Positions 26,176 through 39,132 of a stretch of 64,000 bases of DNA are shown piece by piece (position 1 is the stretch's first letter; each line of letters opens with the position of its first letter). Source of the DNA: Lama guanicoe (lineage: Eukaryota); the NCBI GenBank assembly GCA_013239625.1, contig MU053472.1, positions 248,001 to 312,000 on the forward strand, read 5' to 3'. The notes under the pieces were generated by a model. It saw nothing but the letters and a program-made list of their open reading frames with translations. It ran no database searches and had not been told where the DNA came from. The position numbers and the translations under genes were made by a program.

Positions 26176-26360
26176 TTTTTTTTTAACATTTTTATTGATT
26201 TATAATCATTTTACAATGTTGTGTCAAATTCCAGTGTTCAGCATAATTTTTCAGTCATACATGGACATATGCACACTCATTGTCACATTGTTTTCTCTGT
26301 GAGCGACCATAACATTTTGTGTATATTTCCCTGTGCTATACAGTATAATCTTGTTTATCA
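26176..26360 (-). mobile_element. Short antisense L1 3'-end, same subfamily as the 17976-20179 L1
   Basis: Reverse complement closely resembles ~19980-20150 (cattttacaatgttgtgtcaaattccagtgt; tatatttccctgtgcta). Confidence 0.85.
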
Positions 26361-27489
26361 GCATGTAAAGCACTTAGAAAAGTCCCTGGAACACACTACA
26401 GGCTTCATAAGCTTTTGTTATTATTAAGGTCATCTTCTTGATCATTATCATTATTGAAATCTCTAATTCTGATGATCTTACATATATTGAGAACAATGAA
26501 TGTAAATGCCTAATTTTATAACTGACATGTAGCAGGAACATAGTAAAAATGATACCTGTGTTGTAACTGTTAAGCGTTCATTTTTCTTATCTAGCTGCCT
26601 AATTCTGTATTTGCTTGAGGAATCTTTGTTTCAGGAAAAAAACAGAAAATGAAATAGGACATTGAGAGTGTCCTATTTTGTCATCAGTATTTCTAATGTA
26701 TAAAGTATATTTCTAATGCACATTTCTATAATATCTATTTATTTTCTCATATGTGCTAGACAGTGTTCTAGGTGCTTTACACATACTATATTACTTCTGG
26801 ACCTTAAAATAACCTTCTGTTTCAGTGAAAGTTCAGAACAGGGAGGTATTTTGGATAATTTCAAAAGAAATGCTTCTTTTATTTGAAGGAAACACTAACA
26901 TGATTTCCTTAACAAATTTTTCTTAGATTAAAATTTGAGTCTTGTTTAAAAACATTAAAAATGGATTGATGAAAATCTGATATACTAAATCCAGTAGTGT
27001 GAATAGTCTTGATTTAACTTTTGGTAGTTTGCATTAATTAATTTCATATATATAGATGAGTTAAACTTTATCACAAATTGGGACTAGAAGATCTGCTTCC
27101 ACGAAGTCCCACTCACATGGATGGAATTCAGTGCTGGCTGTAGGCAGGAGACCTCAGTCCCTAGATGGCCCCTAGCTCCACATGGACCTCTCCAGAGTGG
27201 GTGATTTGAGAGAAAGTGGAAGCTGCAGTGTCTTTTATGACCTAACCACACTCGATCATTCCCCCAGTATCAGGGCTGTTTTGGGACAGTGACACCAGGT
27301 TGTGAATACCAGGCAGTGAGAATAAGTAAATGTAAATCCTCACATCCAGACACATAGAGAAACCAAAGACAAAGAGGAGTAAAAAGTGGAATGAGAAAAA
27401 ATAGTCAATCCAAAAAAAGCCAAGAAGGAAAGAAAAAGAAACAAACAAAAAGTGAAACAAATCGCAAAACAAGAAGATAGTTTTAAACC

Positions 27490-28040
27490 CAAATATATCA
27501 ATAATTATATTAAATGTTAATGGTTTAAAGGATCAAAAGAGAAGATTGTAGATATTTGATGTTTGCAAGGGATACATTTAAAATATAAGGATACAGGGAA
27601 GTTTAAAAGAATGAAGAATGATATAAGTACTAAAAACAACCCCCAAAAGCTGATATAGTTAAAGGAAAATCAGACAAAATATATTTTAAGGCAAAAGTCT
27701 TAAAAGCCTGGAGGTAAAGAGGGTATTTCATTCTGACGAGAGATTAAATTCACCTAAAGGATATAACAGTTGGCAGTGCACCTACTAATAACCTAGCCTC
27801 AAAATGTGTAAGACAGAAACTAACAGAACAACGAAGAGAAATAGATCCACAATCAGTAAAGATAATAGGTTTTAAACAGCCTTCTTAACAGGCTTGACTA
27901 ATGGGTGATAGGACACTGTTCCCAATAATTATAAAATACACTTTCTTTTTAAGCAAACATGAAATATTCAGTACAATTGACCATATGCTGGGCCATAGCA
28001 AATCTCAAGAAACTTCAAAGGATTGAAATCTTACATAGTT
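27490..28040 (+). mobile_element. Old L1 ORF2 endonuclease-region fragment
   Basis: atatatcaataattatattaaatgttaatggttta resembles ITLNVNGL. attgaccatatgctgggccata resembles IDHMLGH. Confidence 0.65.
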
Positions 28041-29532
28041 GGAGTCCTCAGAGGACTCCTGTGTTGGGGATCCGTTTGAAATTTGTAGTCAGGAATTTAA
28101 GGTGAATCCTCAAAGTTTTTCTCACCAGCAAGGTCAAGTGGTTTGGGTATAAGGGTAAGAGAAGGTGATTAGTTAACTAACGAGGAATGAGATTCCCCAG
28201 ACCATAACAAGCAAGCGAGAGATCAGGGAGTTAAGGATGTTTCCAAGGGCATTTAATATTGAATCCTGGAATCTAAGCTGAACAAGAAGATAAATAAGGA
28301 CATGATGATGATGGATACTGGGAAAGTGGTAAGATTAATGGATTCAAGTGGGTATTGATGAAATAAGAGAATTGCTGGAGTACATGAGCTGGAAGGATAG
28401 AAGGTGATGCTCAAGTGTTGGGGTGCTTAAAATCAAGATTTTGGACATGACACAGCTACTGGGGCTGATGATCAGGGGTATGACTGTGGAATGGGAAGTT
28501 GAAATGGCATGTTGGACATGATTGTGATGAGGAGACCTGAGAGGTCACAGCATTAGATACCTCATCCACATGATTATTGACATCACCAAGAGCAGTTTAG
28601 GAGTAGAATGGACCATTGCAAGGTTCTGAAGCCTTCAGTTAAAGAGTGAGGGAGTTGAGGGTCAGTAGATGACATAAACGAGGTAGGATAGGAAATGATG
28701 AAGTCTGATGGCAAGAAATTCAAATGTATTCAGGTTTTTGAAGGGAGAGGAGAAAAAGGGTTTAGGTGGAAGCAAGAAGCAACATTCCCCATCTACAGGA
28801 GATGTTGGAAAAGAATGAGAGGGCTTCCAGGGACAGCTGAGTTTGAAGTTTGGAGAACCTTTCAGGAGAAGGTTGAAGAATAGAGAAATTTTCACTCTGT
28901 GAAAACTAGCCATTATCATTGTTGTCATCATCATCATTAATATTAGATTTTGTGATTAGCTGTTGTGCAATCCTGTTCTTACTTTTGGACACTTGAGTAA
29001 ATTTTATGCTGTTGTATTGAGATGTCATTTATTATTGAAAATGTTTTATTTTCTGTAAAAGTTTGGATATCAAGCCTGTGATAATATCAAAGTATTTATT
29101 ATCCTATCCTACATATTGGAAAAGCATGTTTAATCTCACTTGTGAAATAACTACCATATGCCAGGAACTTACCTATTGCTGGAAATTCAAAGACATGTAG
29201 GACATCATATCTTGATAACTCTTCTCAAAGCGTCTGGTTCAGTGAGCTCACCAAGATATAATTTGTGCGTGCACATGTGCTTCCTTACACATACACCCTC
29301 CCTCATGCTATTAGCAGTGGTGGTCCCCCTGAAGACAGTGAGGAAAGTGAAAAGGGCAGGACACTAAGGGGAGCTTTTCATTTTTAGCCTGTGTTCTTTG
29401 AATCTTCTATTAAAATGCATATGTAGTTCGTTAATAAAAATATTAAGAAAATTTATGGAAGCTACAGTTTTTCTTTGTCGTAATTAGAAGAAGAAATTGT
29501 GTTTTTTAAGCCTAAGCCTTTGTTTCTTCTAG

Positions 29533-29663
29533 GCAGGGATACCGATGGGAGCAATACCAGCAGGAGGAATGCCTTACCTGGGACAAGCACCGTTCCTGGG
29601 AGTGCGTCCTCCAGGCCCACAGTACACTCCAGACATGCAGAAGCAATTTGCCGAAGAGCAGCA
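29533..29663 (+). CDS. SYNRG: SYNRG exon 4
   Basis: ctag|gcaggg...gagcagca|gtaaga. AGIPMGAIPAGGMPYLGQAPFLGVRPPGPQYTPDMQKQFAEEQ. Confidence 0.95.
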
Positions 29664-30334
29664 GTAAGAGACCTCGGGATTCACGGATAAGGATACCTGG
29701 TGGCAGTTAATTTTACAGTTGTCAGGTGTTCTGTAGTGCAGATGTGAAGCTGAAACAGTCACAGTGCCTTTAAAACTCTTTAAAATACTTGTATTACAAG
29801 TTTAAAGCCAGAGGGGACCTTAGACCTTCTAACTCAACCGTCTGATTTTACATCTGGGGCAAGTCAGGTCCAAAGAAATGAGCCACTTGTCAATGCAGGT
29901 TACACAGTTATTAGGAGAACCGAGTGCAGGCTCCTGATCCCCTGAGCCGGTGTCCCTTCTCATGTTCGGTGCTGCTTCCCCAAGTAGAAGCTGCTCTTTT
30001 GTATGCAGAGCAAAGGCTGTTTTTATTTTGTCTACCTCCCTATGTGTTTGAGATTCCTTTTGCATGCAAAAAGTTATCTCCTCCCCTTGCAAATTAGACA
30101 AATAAATTCATGTCTATAATTTAGGTAAATCATTTTTAGACTCATTTTGTATATTTTGAAATTTATATAGTAGGGGAAAAGGACTGTCTTGAGAAAAATT
30201 CGATACAACTACCACTGAAGTTTTTAGTTCTAGAAATGCAGGATGGTATCGCTAAAGCTGGTAGTAGAAGAAATATGAATATAACAGTTGATAATCCCTA
30301 AAGCCGGCTCTTTACTAGGTTGTTTTTCCTTCAG

Positions 30335-30440
30335 AAAACGATTTGAACAGCAGCAAAAACTCTTAGAAGAAGAAAGAAAAAGACGCCAGTTTGAAGAACA
30401 GAAGCAAAAGCTGAGACTTCTGAGCAGTGTGAAACCCAAG
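30335..30440 (+). CDS. SYNRG: SYNRG exon 5 (coiled coil)
   Basis: ttcag|aaaacg...cccaag|gtaata. KRFEQQQKLLEEERKRRQFEEQKQKLRLLSSVKPK. Confidence 0.95.
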
Positions 30441-30576
30441 GTAATAGGCTCCACAACACGCAGTGTACCCCCTGTACACACCTCTTCTCACTCACTCAGC
30501 GGATTTTGTTACGTGGGCATCAGCCCAAGCTGAGGCTGTGGTTCATTCATTTTGGTTTTGTCTTAAGTCCAAAAGT

Positions 30577-30724
30577 GGGGGGGGGGTATCTAGCTCGGTG
30601 GTAGAGTGTGTGCTTAGAGTGCATGAGGTCCTGGGTTCCACCCCTGGTACATCCGTTAAAATCAAACTAACAAATAAATAAAATAGACCTAATTCCCCCC
30701 CGCCCAAGAAAAACCCCAAACAAA
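30577..30724 (+). mobile_element. tRNA-derived SINE (Vic-1-like)
   Basis: A box tagctcggtggtagag, B box gggttccaccc, tail aataaataaaatagacctaattcccccc. Confidence 0.8.
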
Positions 30725-31112
30725 TGTGAAGGAATTTTCTCTTTCTGTAAAGATACTTTATTGTTGAAGAGAATGGATTATCAGCCATTATCTTCACAAG
30801 TCTTTTTTGCTACCACTGAAATGTTTGTAATCATTTCCTGGGAAGCATTAATACTGGATACTTAATGTCTACCAGCTGTTCCCTGAAGTATTTATAAATG
30901 GACTTTTAATAAAATTCTATAGAGTGTCATTTTATGCCTTTGCTTTATACACTTGTCAGTGTTTTTCTGACTTGGAGAATTCACTATCCAAAGTAGGTGG
31001 TAAAAATACTGGAAATAGACTAATAGCTGCACTTTTCTTTTAATATTTATATGGATTTAGGATGAAGTGTGAGAGGTAAGTAAAGAAATATATATGTTTT
31101 ATTTTCTCTTAG

Positions 31113-31224
31113 ACAGGAGAGAAGAGTAGAGACGATGCTTTGGAAGCCATAAAAGGAAACTTAGATGGATTTTCCAGAGATGCTAAGATGCACCCTACTC
31201 CAGCATCACACCCTAAGAAACCAG
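31113..31224 (+). CDS. SYNRG: SYNRG exon 6
   Basis: ttag|acagga...aaaccag|gtagct. TGEKSRDDALEAIKGNLDGFSRDAKMHPTPASHPKKP. Confidence 0.95.
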
Positions 31225-31737
31225 GTAGCTTTATTTTTAAAATTTTGTTTTGTTAGAAGGTAATTTGTAGTCTCTATATGTTTGATTGACCATCGTGTGT
31301 GTCTTCTAGTAAATATCAGTATAATAACTTTATTTGTGAATCTTTTGTATAAATGAGTATGTTAACGTTAGTAAAAATCCATTCACTCAGAGCAACTGTA
31401 ATAAAGGAGTTTATCGTTTCATTCTCATTATTTTAAAATAATTTTACTTTTATGATCTAGCTCAGATTTTATTCAGTGTGGTTAAACTTACAAATTTTCT
31501 AAATGACCTCTTTAAAAAGTCACGGTTTTAGTAGTATTTCTCATGAAATTTTAAGTACACTTCTTTATAGTTTTTATTATCATTTGTCATCAGATAAGCA
31601 GAAGAAAAGTACCTAATAGAGCAGGGTAAGGGGACATTTTGGGGGTTTTTCTGCACGTGTTTTAAACATTTAGCAGTTGAAATGAGTCTTGTCTTCACAT
31701 AACTATCACCACATCCTCTTTTAAAATTTAGTATCTT

Positions 31738-31815
31738 GGGGAGGGTATAGCTCAAGTGGTAGAGCACATGCTTAATATACTCAAGGTCCTGGGTTCAATC
31801 CCCAGTACCTCCTCT
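31738..31815 (+). mobile_element. Short tRNA-derived SINE (Vic-1-like)
   Basis: gggagggtatagctcaagtggtagagc...gggttcaatccccagtacctcc. TSD taaaatttagtatcttg / taaaatttaatatcttg. Confidence 0.85.
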
Positions 31816-33973
31816 AAAATTTAATATCTTGACCCATTCTCAGCTCATTTCAAGACTAACATACCATTATTAGGTAAATAGTTTTCATAAATCATTCAGC
31901 CAAGTACTATTTTCTGCTGATATACATTACATTGATAAATTTTATCTTAAACCCTTATAATACCTTTTATAGATGATATCAGGAGGGGGTAATCTAATCC
32001 CGGCACAGTAACCAGTTTTTGACAGCTTTTACTCTAATTTCACTTGTTAGATTATATACTCAATTATCATTCCAAAAATATGTCCCAAAGTAAAATACAC
32101 ACTGAGACTGAAAAGAGAATGGATATTAGCAATCAGATTGAGTTCAAAAAGAAATGTACCTAAAAATGAAAATTATAAGCTGAATAAGCTAGTCAGGAAG
32201 TAATTTAAGAAGAGACATTGGAGTGATAAAACTGGAGCCAGCATGGAACTTAGGAAAAGGAGAAGGTGGCAGAGAGAAATGGTCATTGTTAGGTAACATA
32301 CTGTTCTATCCAAATAGAATGCCCACTTTGGACAACAACGTCTGGTTTAACAACCTCATCGTTAATACATTGGTGTTTTGATGTTCAAATAATCTCATGA
32401 GTTTAATCAACGGGCATGCAGTTAGCTGTTTCTAGATAACTGTTTCATGCTTAGCTAGAAAAATATTTTTCTGAAGCAAACAAAGAAATATCCAGAGCTT
32501 CTTAAACCTAAGCCTAAAGTATATAAAAAGAGCTTCCAGCCTTTTTACCACCAAAGACATCTTTTAATTTTTCCCCATAGACTTTATCTGAAAGTATTGA
32601 ATGCAAACTGTATCACATGATTTTTTATACTTCGTATTAATCATTATGTAACTACAAGAGTTTATAAGCCAAAACATTACCACATAGAATTAACATAATT
32701 CCAGCCAAATGCAAAGAAACACTGGTTAGCCTAAACAGTCAGGGTCCATTTTAAAAATATTCATAGTAGCTCTTAGTTTTCTGCTGGTGCTGGTCTGAGA
32801 ACCCAGATTGAGACCTCAAATCCACACTCCCAGTAATCATTATTTGGGAGGGTTGAGATTCATTATGGCATGGCTTTTTTCTTTTTTAAACAAAATTGAT
32901 TAAGGTAGTCATTTCACATGCTCATTTTGCATCTTTCATAGAACTTTCCATATTCCGAGGTTTCTTTCACAGAGCCAAAAGAGAATGGGTCCAAAAGAGA
33001 AGCGCATAGTGTCTCTGTATTTCAGATGAGAGCCTTTTTTTTTTTAAAGGACTCTCCTTGTGACATTAGACTTTAGTAAATGTTAAATTAAAAGCAGTTA
33101 AAAATGTGAAGAAGCAACAATAATAGTGTTGTTAATGAGCCTTGTATTAAATGTAGTCCCTGTAGGTTTGTTACGTAAGTGAATCTCACATTTAACAGTA
33201 AAAAGCCACCGTGATGTTTACATCCTTTAGAGGCATGGATCTTTTAAACATAGTTCTCAGTCACAGTTTACTTTTCTTAAATTGACTGTTGGGTTGTTTG
33301 ACTTAACACTGTATGGTGTCCTAACTTGGATGATTTTCACAGGAAAGTATCACTTTGGTAATGTGTTTAATGTTCTTGTTGCCTCTGTAATTTTCATTCC
33401 TCATATGGGAACTCATTCCTCATATGAAATGTGAACTATGCTAAGTGCATTCATTAGACATAATATATCAAAAACTGCAGGTATGTATCATGTATTGTTT
33501 CTTACTGGCACAATGAAATTTAATCATCAGAGTATGTAACTATCTAAAACGCATTCAGTAGCATATAGGTAGATTTTCTTACTTCTGGTATATGTTGATT
33601 TGAGAGAATATTATCCAGATAAACAGATCACTTGGGTTTCAAAAGTAATCACCACTTTGATGTAAATTATTAGTGATTTCAGGGAAAAAATAGAAGGAAA
33701 GAAATTTTGAGTTTTATGTTTTCCTATTTTTGAACCAGATGCAAGATAACTATAAAATCTCTTTCTAAAAAGACACAAAAATTGTGTATAAATGGGCATC
33801 GAAGTGTTTTGCATTCGTTGTGTAATTCCATTTTACTGTTGTTCGTGTGATTTCTTGTTCACCTCCAGTATTTATGTTTCAGTATATTCTTTTGTAGTTG
33901 TACTACATCTTAATTTCTTTTCCCCTGTTGATTTTCATTTCTGTGTGTTTCATTGCCATTTTCCATTTTGCAG

Positions 33974-34249
33974 ATTATCCCACATCTCATTCTACTAAAA
34001 CTGTCTTTCTTGATGAAGAAGAATTCAGTGACTTTATGCAGGGGCCTGTTGAAGTTCCCACATGTGGGCCTTCTTCCACTTTTCAGTCTTTCCATCCCAC
34101 CACCCCACTTGGCCAGTTGCATACACAGAAGGCTGGACCACAGCCTCTCCCTCCAGGTCAGATTCCAGTGTCTTTCGCCTTACGTGGTGTCCCTGGGCAA
34201 ATTCCTAATTTCTCTACTGCTTTAGCCTCATACAGTGTACAGAAAGCAG
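33974..34249 (+). CDS. SYNRG: SYNRG alternative cassette exon (between exons 6 and 7)
   Basis: ttttgcag|attatc...aaagcag|gtaact. 276 nt, phase 1-1 and open: DYPTSHSTKTVFLDEEEFSDFMQGPVEVPTCGPSS...SVQKA. Resembles a segment I recall from rodent synergin. Confidence 0.85.
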
Positions 34250-35084
34250 GTAACTCCTAGAATATTAATGAAAATACTGAGATAACCTAGGGTAGTTTAT
34301 TTCACTTACATAACTAGAGAAATAAGTACCTGAATATATGAGTGCTATTGAATTTTACCAAAATATCTAGATTTTTTAAATTCCCGTTCCAGAAAAGTGA
34401 TTTGAAACTCTTGCTCCTAAGTTAGGACCTATTTAAACCAACTTAGAACTTTAAAAACAAACTGATTTTTTCAGGAGGTTACTCTTGTTTGGGGAAATCA
34501 CCAATCTCATTTTCTTAAGAGTAATGAGCCAGCGAAAGCTGCTTTAGAAAGTGCTGTCTCTGGTACAGTGATAAAGCACTTGGGTATCAGAAGCCCAGGT
34601 TCTTCATTTACTATCAGTTTGTCCTTGGACAAATCTTTAAACATTTCTGTACGTCAGTTTTGTCACTTGTGAAATAATGGGGGAGGAGGCAGTTATGCCT
34701 TCTGTCTTGAGGCGTAGAATGGTGATGAGAGGGGTCTTAGCAGACATGTACTTAGTCCAGACTTTCTCAGTTGACAGATGCAGAAATAGACAATAGTTAG
34801 TAGAAGTGCCTGTATCTTGGGTAGGTCTCCAGATTTCTAAGGTAGTACTCCTTCTGCTATCCTATTCTGCCTGCTGTGTCATAGAATTCTTGAGAATCAA
34901 AGTAGATAACAATGTTGAAGTTCTCTAAAATCTCTAAAGTCTCTCAAATCCTATACAAATCTGTGAACTTGAATTATTTCAAAATTGATGTTTGGCAGAG
35001 CCTTCCCTGCAGAATCTGGGGGTGGAAATGGATGATTAGAAACTTGCAGTTACATTCAAATAATCCTTCATGCTGTTTGTTTAG

Positions 35085-35318
35085 GCCCTTCCTTGGAGGA
35101 GAAGCTCCTAGTATCTTGTGATATAAGTGCATCTGGGCAGGAACAAATTAAATTCAATTCTTCTGAAGTTGGGCACAAAGCTCTGGGCCCAGGTTCCTGT
35201 AAGAACCATCCCAGTTTAACGGCCAATAACGGGGGTGCTGTAGATGGACGTGTCAGTGGTACCACTACCACAGAGGCAGAAAAGACTTCAGACCAAAACC
35301 TGTCCATTGAAGAGAGTG
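35085..35318 (+). CDS. SYNRG: SYNRG exon 7 (phase-symmetric cassette)
   Basis: tttag|gccctt...gagagtg|gtgagc. 234 nt. GPSLEEKLLVSCDISASGQEQ...QNLSIEES. Confidence 0.9.
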
Positions 35319-36273
35319 GTGAGCTCATAAAATACTCAGCAAAAAGTTCATTTAACCAAATGTTGCTTGAATGCTAACACCTTAAGCATTAATCTTAAAA
35401 TGAATGCTGCTGGATTTTGCTAATTGAAATTTTGCTTAAAATATATTTAATGCACTCTTCTCTAATTAACCCCTACGATTTTGCTCTGAATTCTTTCAAC
35501 ACACTATTATTCCTTTAAAAAAATGTTTTTGATAACTAGTTTTTTTAATCAGAATCATTCCTGATTTAAAATTTCTTCTATTTTATAAAAACTCTTTTTC
35601 CTTCTCTTCTACTTTGTTCTTCCATAAGGTTGAAAAGTTAAAATTTAACTGGAAAAGTCACCAATGAGAATATAGTTTGACTTCTCTTAAATAAACCAAA
35701 CTGCCTAAAAGATCCACATTTTAATAAACTGAACTTGCTGAGATGAATTACAGTGTAGGCAGCACAGGAGGCAAACTTTTAGAGGCTATTTTACTGGACA
35801 AAGTAAAAAACAAAAAATTTAAACAAAAATCCTATACATCAAAGGCAGCAGTGTCATATTCAGGTTAAAAAAAAAAAATCAGACTTTGGAAAGAAACATT
35901 AAAAGCTGCAGGTGAAGCATGGACAATTACATTTTTTTAAAATATGTAATTTTTAAACCACTATCATGTATTTTCCTTTAATTTGTAATATATGTGAATG
36001 ATGCAAGCCTCATATAACCCAGAATATTGATTTGATACTTCTTGGGGTTGGGGGGGTTTGTTGTTTTTGGGGGGTTTGGTTTTGTTTTTTAATATACACC
36101 TTAGGACATAATGTAGAGTTGTTTAGAAACCAAATATTTTAGTTATATTGGTGACTTTTTTTTTTAAGTGTCTCTAGCCAGTGCTCTTCTTGTTAAAAAA
36201 CCGTGACTCAGTCTGCTTTCCCCATTTTCTGCATGGACCATTATATACATTAGGTAATGTTCTTATCTTCTAG

Positions 36274-36351
36274 GTGTGGGAGTGTTTCCCTCACAGGATC
36301 CTGTTCAGCCCAGAATGCCTCCTTGGATTTACAATGAGAGTTTGGTTCCAG
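36274..36351 (+). CDS. SYNRG: SYNRG exon 8
   Basis: ctag|gtgtgg...ttccag|gtaaaa. GVGVFPSQDPVQPRMPPWIYNESLVP. Confidence 0.95.
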
Positions 36352-37575
36352 GTAAAAAAAAGTTTCTTTGTCCAAGATTCTCATCTGGATACTTTACTTT
36401 CAGTGTTGTGGATGTAATTGTAAATGTTTACTGTTGTGGTTACGAAATATGCAAAAGGAATTGTAACTTTCTTCTTGTTTATTTTTTTGTAAAAGTACAG
36501 ACAATTAAATACATCTAGTGTTTCTTAAGACTGCCTCATGTATGAAATAACTATAAATGCAGGAGAAATGTTTGGCTTTAATGTCTTATTGACCATATGC
36601 TTTTATTTCTAAAAGCTTTTCTTAGATTTATTGTGTTTTAATAGACACTGTCATATGTATTTCATAGATTAGTAATAATTTTAATAACATCAGGAATAGT
36701 ACTAATACATTTAGTATAATTTCCTGAACTCTTGGTGATTAGTTTATGTATTTAAAAAATATTCTTCTATGACTTCTTTGTCATGTGATACTATATGAAG
36801 TAAAAGACCAAGTGGCATCTTACTTCACATTGGAAGGTGTTGTTTACTTTTTTCTTTGTGTATATTACTACTACTGAGCCAAAAAAAACCACCAAAGTGT
36901 ATACTTTGTGGTATAGTATTCAACTGGTACAAGGAAGTAGTCTATTTAAGCCGAGGTTGATGCGCATAGAACAGTGACTATTACAGTAGCATCTGCTGAT
37001 CGCTCTTAATATATTATAACTTGTTCAGTTTGCTCTGCTTTGCCAACCCCTTGAAAATTAAAGTTAATTTTCGTCTGATCTTTAGTTTTCTGGGTTGGTC
37101 GTAGACTTAATCTAGGTTGGTTCTACAGGTGATTAAATAAAACTCATGCAAGATCCCTGTAGTTCAGCTTCTTCTTGGAAGAAACTAGTAATGTCTACTC
37201 GACATCATAATCACAACTTGAAAGGCTAATTTCCCAAAACCATGCGGGACTTCAGTTGTACATAAAAATAACTGATTTTCTCCCAACTGCCCTGTAGACA
37301 GTGTACATCTTTTCTTCTTCCTCTCTGTCTACATGCCAGACAAACAAAATCTAGATCTTGGTATATTTTGGGACTCTGTCCCTTTGCCACCAGCTTGTAT
37401 TTCTTTCTCCCTTCTCCCTCCAAACATACATGCACACATAATTTCCTAGTCTAAATGTGTTCTTATGGCCAGCCTACTAACCTGTAGTCCCTGTTTAAAT
37501 GCTAGATGCAAAATTTTTCTTTAAACATTTTTCTCTGTCTACCTTAGCCCTACTTTTCATCCCCCAAACTCTAAC

Positions 37576-37709
37576 TAGGATGGCCAGATTTAGCACATAA
37601 GCATAAAGAACACCAAGTTTCATTTGAATTTCAGATTAACAGCAAATAATTGCTTGTGTAAGTATACCCCATGCAGTACCGATGTTCTGTATTTTATATG
37701 GCAATCCTA
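37576..37709. mobile_element. MER53-like hAT DNA transposon, internally deleted
   Basis: TIRs taggatggccaga / tatggcaatccta. Internal tttgaatttcagattaacagc. 8-bp TSD actctaac/actgtaac. Confidence 0.8.
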
Positions 37710-38309
37710 ACTGTAACGGCCTTACACTTTGTCCTTTGGAAAGGCCATTTGACTATGGAAAAGCTCCTAACAGTCCTTTCCTTTTTTTCGAAAACTTACT
37801 CTGCTGTCTCACTGTAACTGAAACTCCCTTTTTCTCAAGGCTCTATTCCTAAAGCACCTTACCCAGTGATGTTTTTGTCTGATAGCCTTTAATTCACTGG
37901 GGCAAGAGAAAGGTGATACTGGTATAGTTCTTGCTTCCACTGCTATTTTCAAATTAGTCCCACCATCATTACTCTGCAGCTTCTTTTTTAAAGTCCAGAG
38001 CATCTTCTTATACCGTCTCCATCTTATTATTACTATCTTGTATTGAATTGTAAGATTTTCTCTTACCTTTAGCCCCAAATCTTCATCTGTAGGACCAAGC
38101 TCCAGTCTCTCTTCTGAGCTCTGGATCTTAACTCTCTGCTGGATATTTCCACTTGAATATCTGTACAGCAGTTCAAACCCTGATGTGGCTTTAGTTCTGT
38201 TAAAGCAGTTTGATCTAAGATTATTCTTGTATAAGCAGCAGTGACTAAAAAGATTAATGTGGTCTGCAGTTAATATGTTTAATTTGTAATCTGGTCTTTC
38301 CTTTACTAG

Positions 38310-38506
38310 ATGCCTATAAGAAAATTTTAGAAACCACAGTGACTCCAACTGGAATAGATACTGCTAAACTTTATCCCATTCTGATGTCATCTGGACTTCC
38401 CAGGGAAACTCTTGGACAGATATGGGCCTTAGCTAATCGAACCACACCTGGCAAGCTTACTAAAGAGGAACTTTATACCGTTCTCGCCATGATAGCGGTA
38501 ACACAG
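38310..38506 (+). CDS. SYNRG: SYNRG exon 9 (EH domain)
   Basis: ctag|atgcc...acacag|gtagac. DAYKKILETTVTPTGIDTAKLYPILMSSGLPRETLGQIWALAN...LAMIAVTQ carries the EH signature SGLP..L..IW.LA. Confidence 0.97.
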
Positions 38507-39132
38507 GTAGACACTGTTTCTAATGTTAGATAAATCGTGTTTCAGTGTAAACTGAAAGAATGAATTTTTTTTTTACTACAACTTTGTGGAACTCCTTGGA
38601 CATTAAAATTTAGATTGTTTTCAGGGTACACTGCTTCAAAATGTATAGTTCATATGATGTGCAGACTAGCAGAATAGTCCTTTGTTTCGAGACTGTTTTC
38701 TCTATTAACATTCTCTGACCTAACTGTAACCTTTCTGAACTTGAGAGTTAGTGAGTAATAGATGAAATTACTCTCTCTGTCCTTTGAAGTCCTTGTCTCA
38801 AATTCCTTAGATATTGACAAAATATTCTCAGTCTGATAGCAGTTTTTCTCACATTACGAAATCATGTTAAATCATTTGATTATAGTGAGATTAGCCAAAC
38901 TTGTCAGAGAGTGAAAATGTCAGAATTGGTATGTGTTGGCCATTTCTTTGCTAAATATTAGATTTACATTAACCTTGTAACTTACTTTTTTGTATCAAAT
39001 TCCTGAGTTTGGGGAGAGTCAGAGTGGAAACAAAGCTATAGATCTTACATTTAAGTCTCTCTTTACCAGATATAGATTGTATGTGGTTTGCAGTTTCCTA
39101 AAATGTTTCCATTTTCCTCTTGTTCAATGTAG

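Noticed and set aside
26652..26678. aaataggaca...tgtcctattt hairpin as a miRNA or ncRNA
   Set aside because: The 10-bp stem is too short for a pre-miRNA and there are no snoRNA boxes.
31738..31815. tRNA gene
   Set aside because: Has A and B boxes but is a multi-copy SINE head with a TSD and no convincing cloverleaf.
37809..38348. 179-aa minus-strand ORF
   Set aside because: Runs through degenerate L2-like intronic sequence, has no recognisable domain, and starts at a non-ATG codon.
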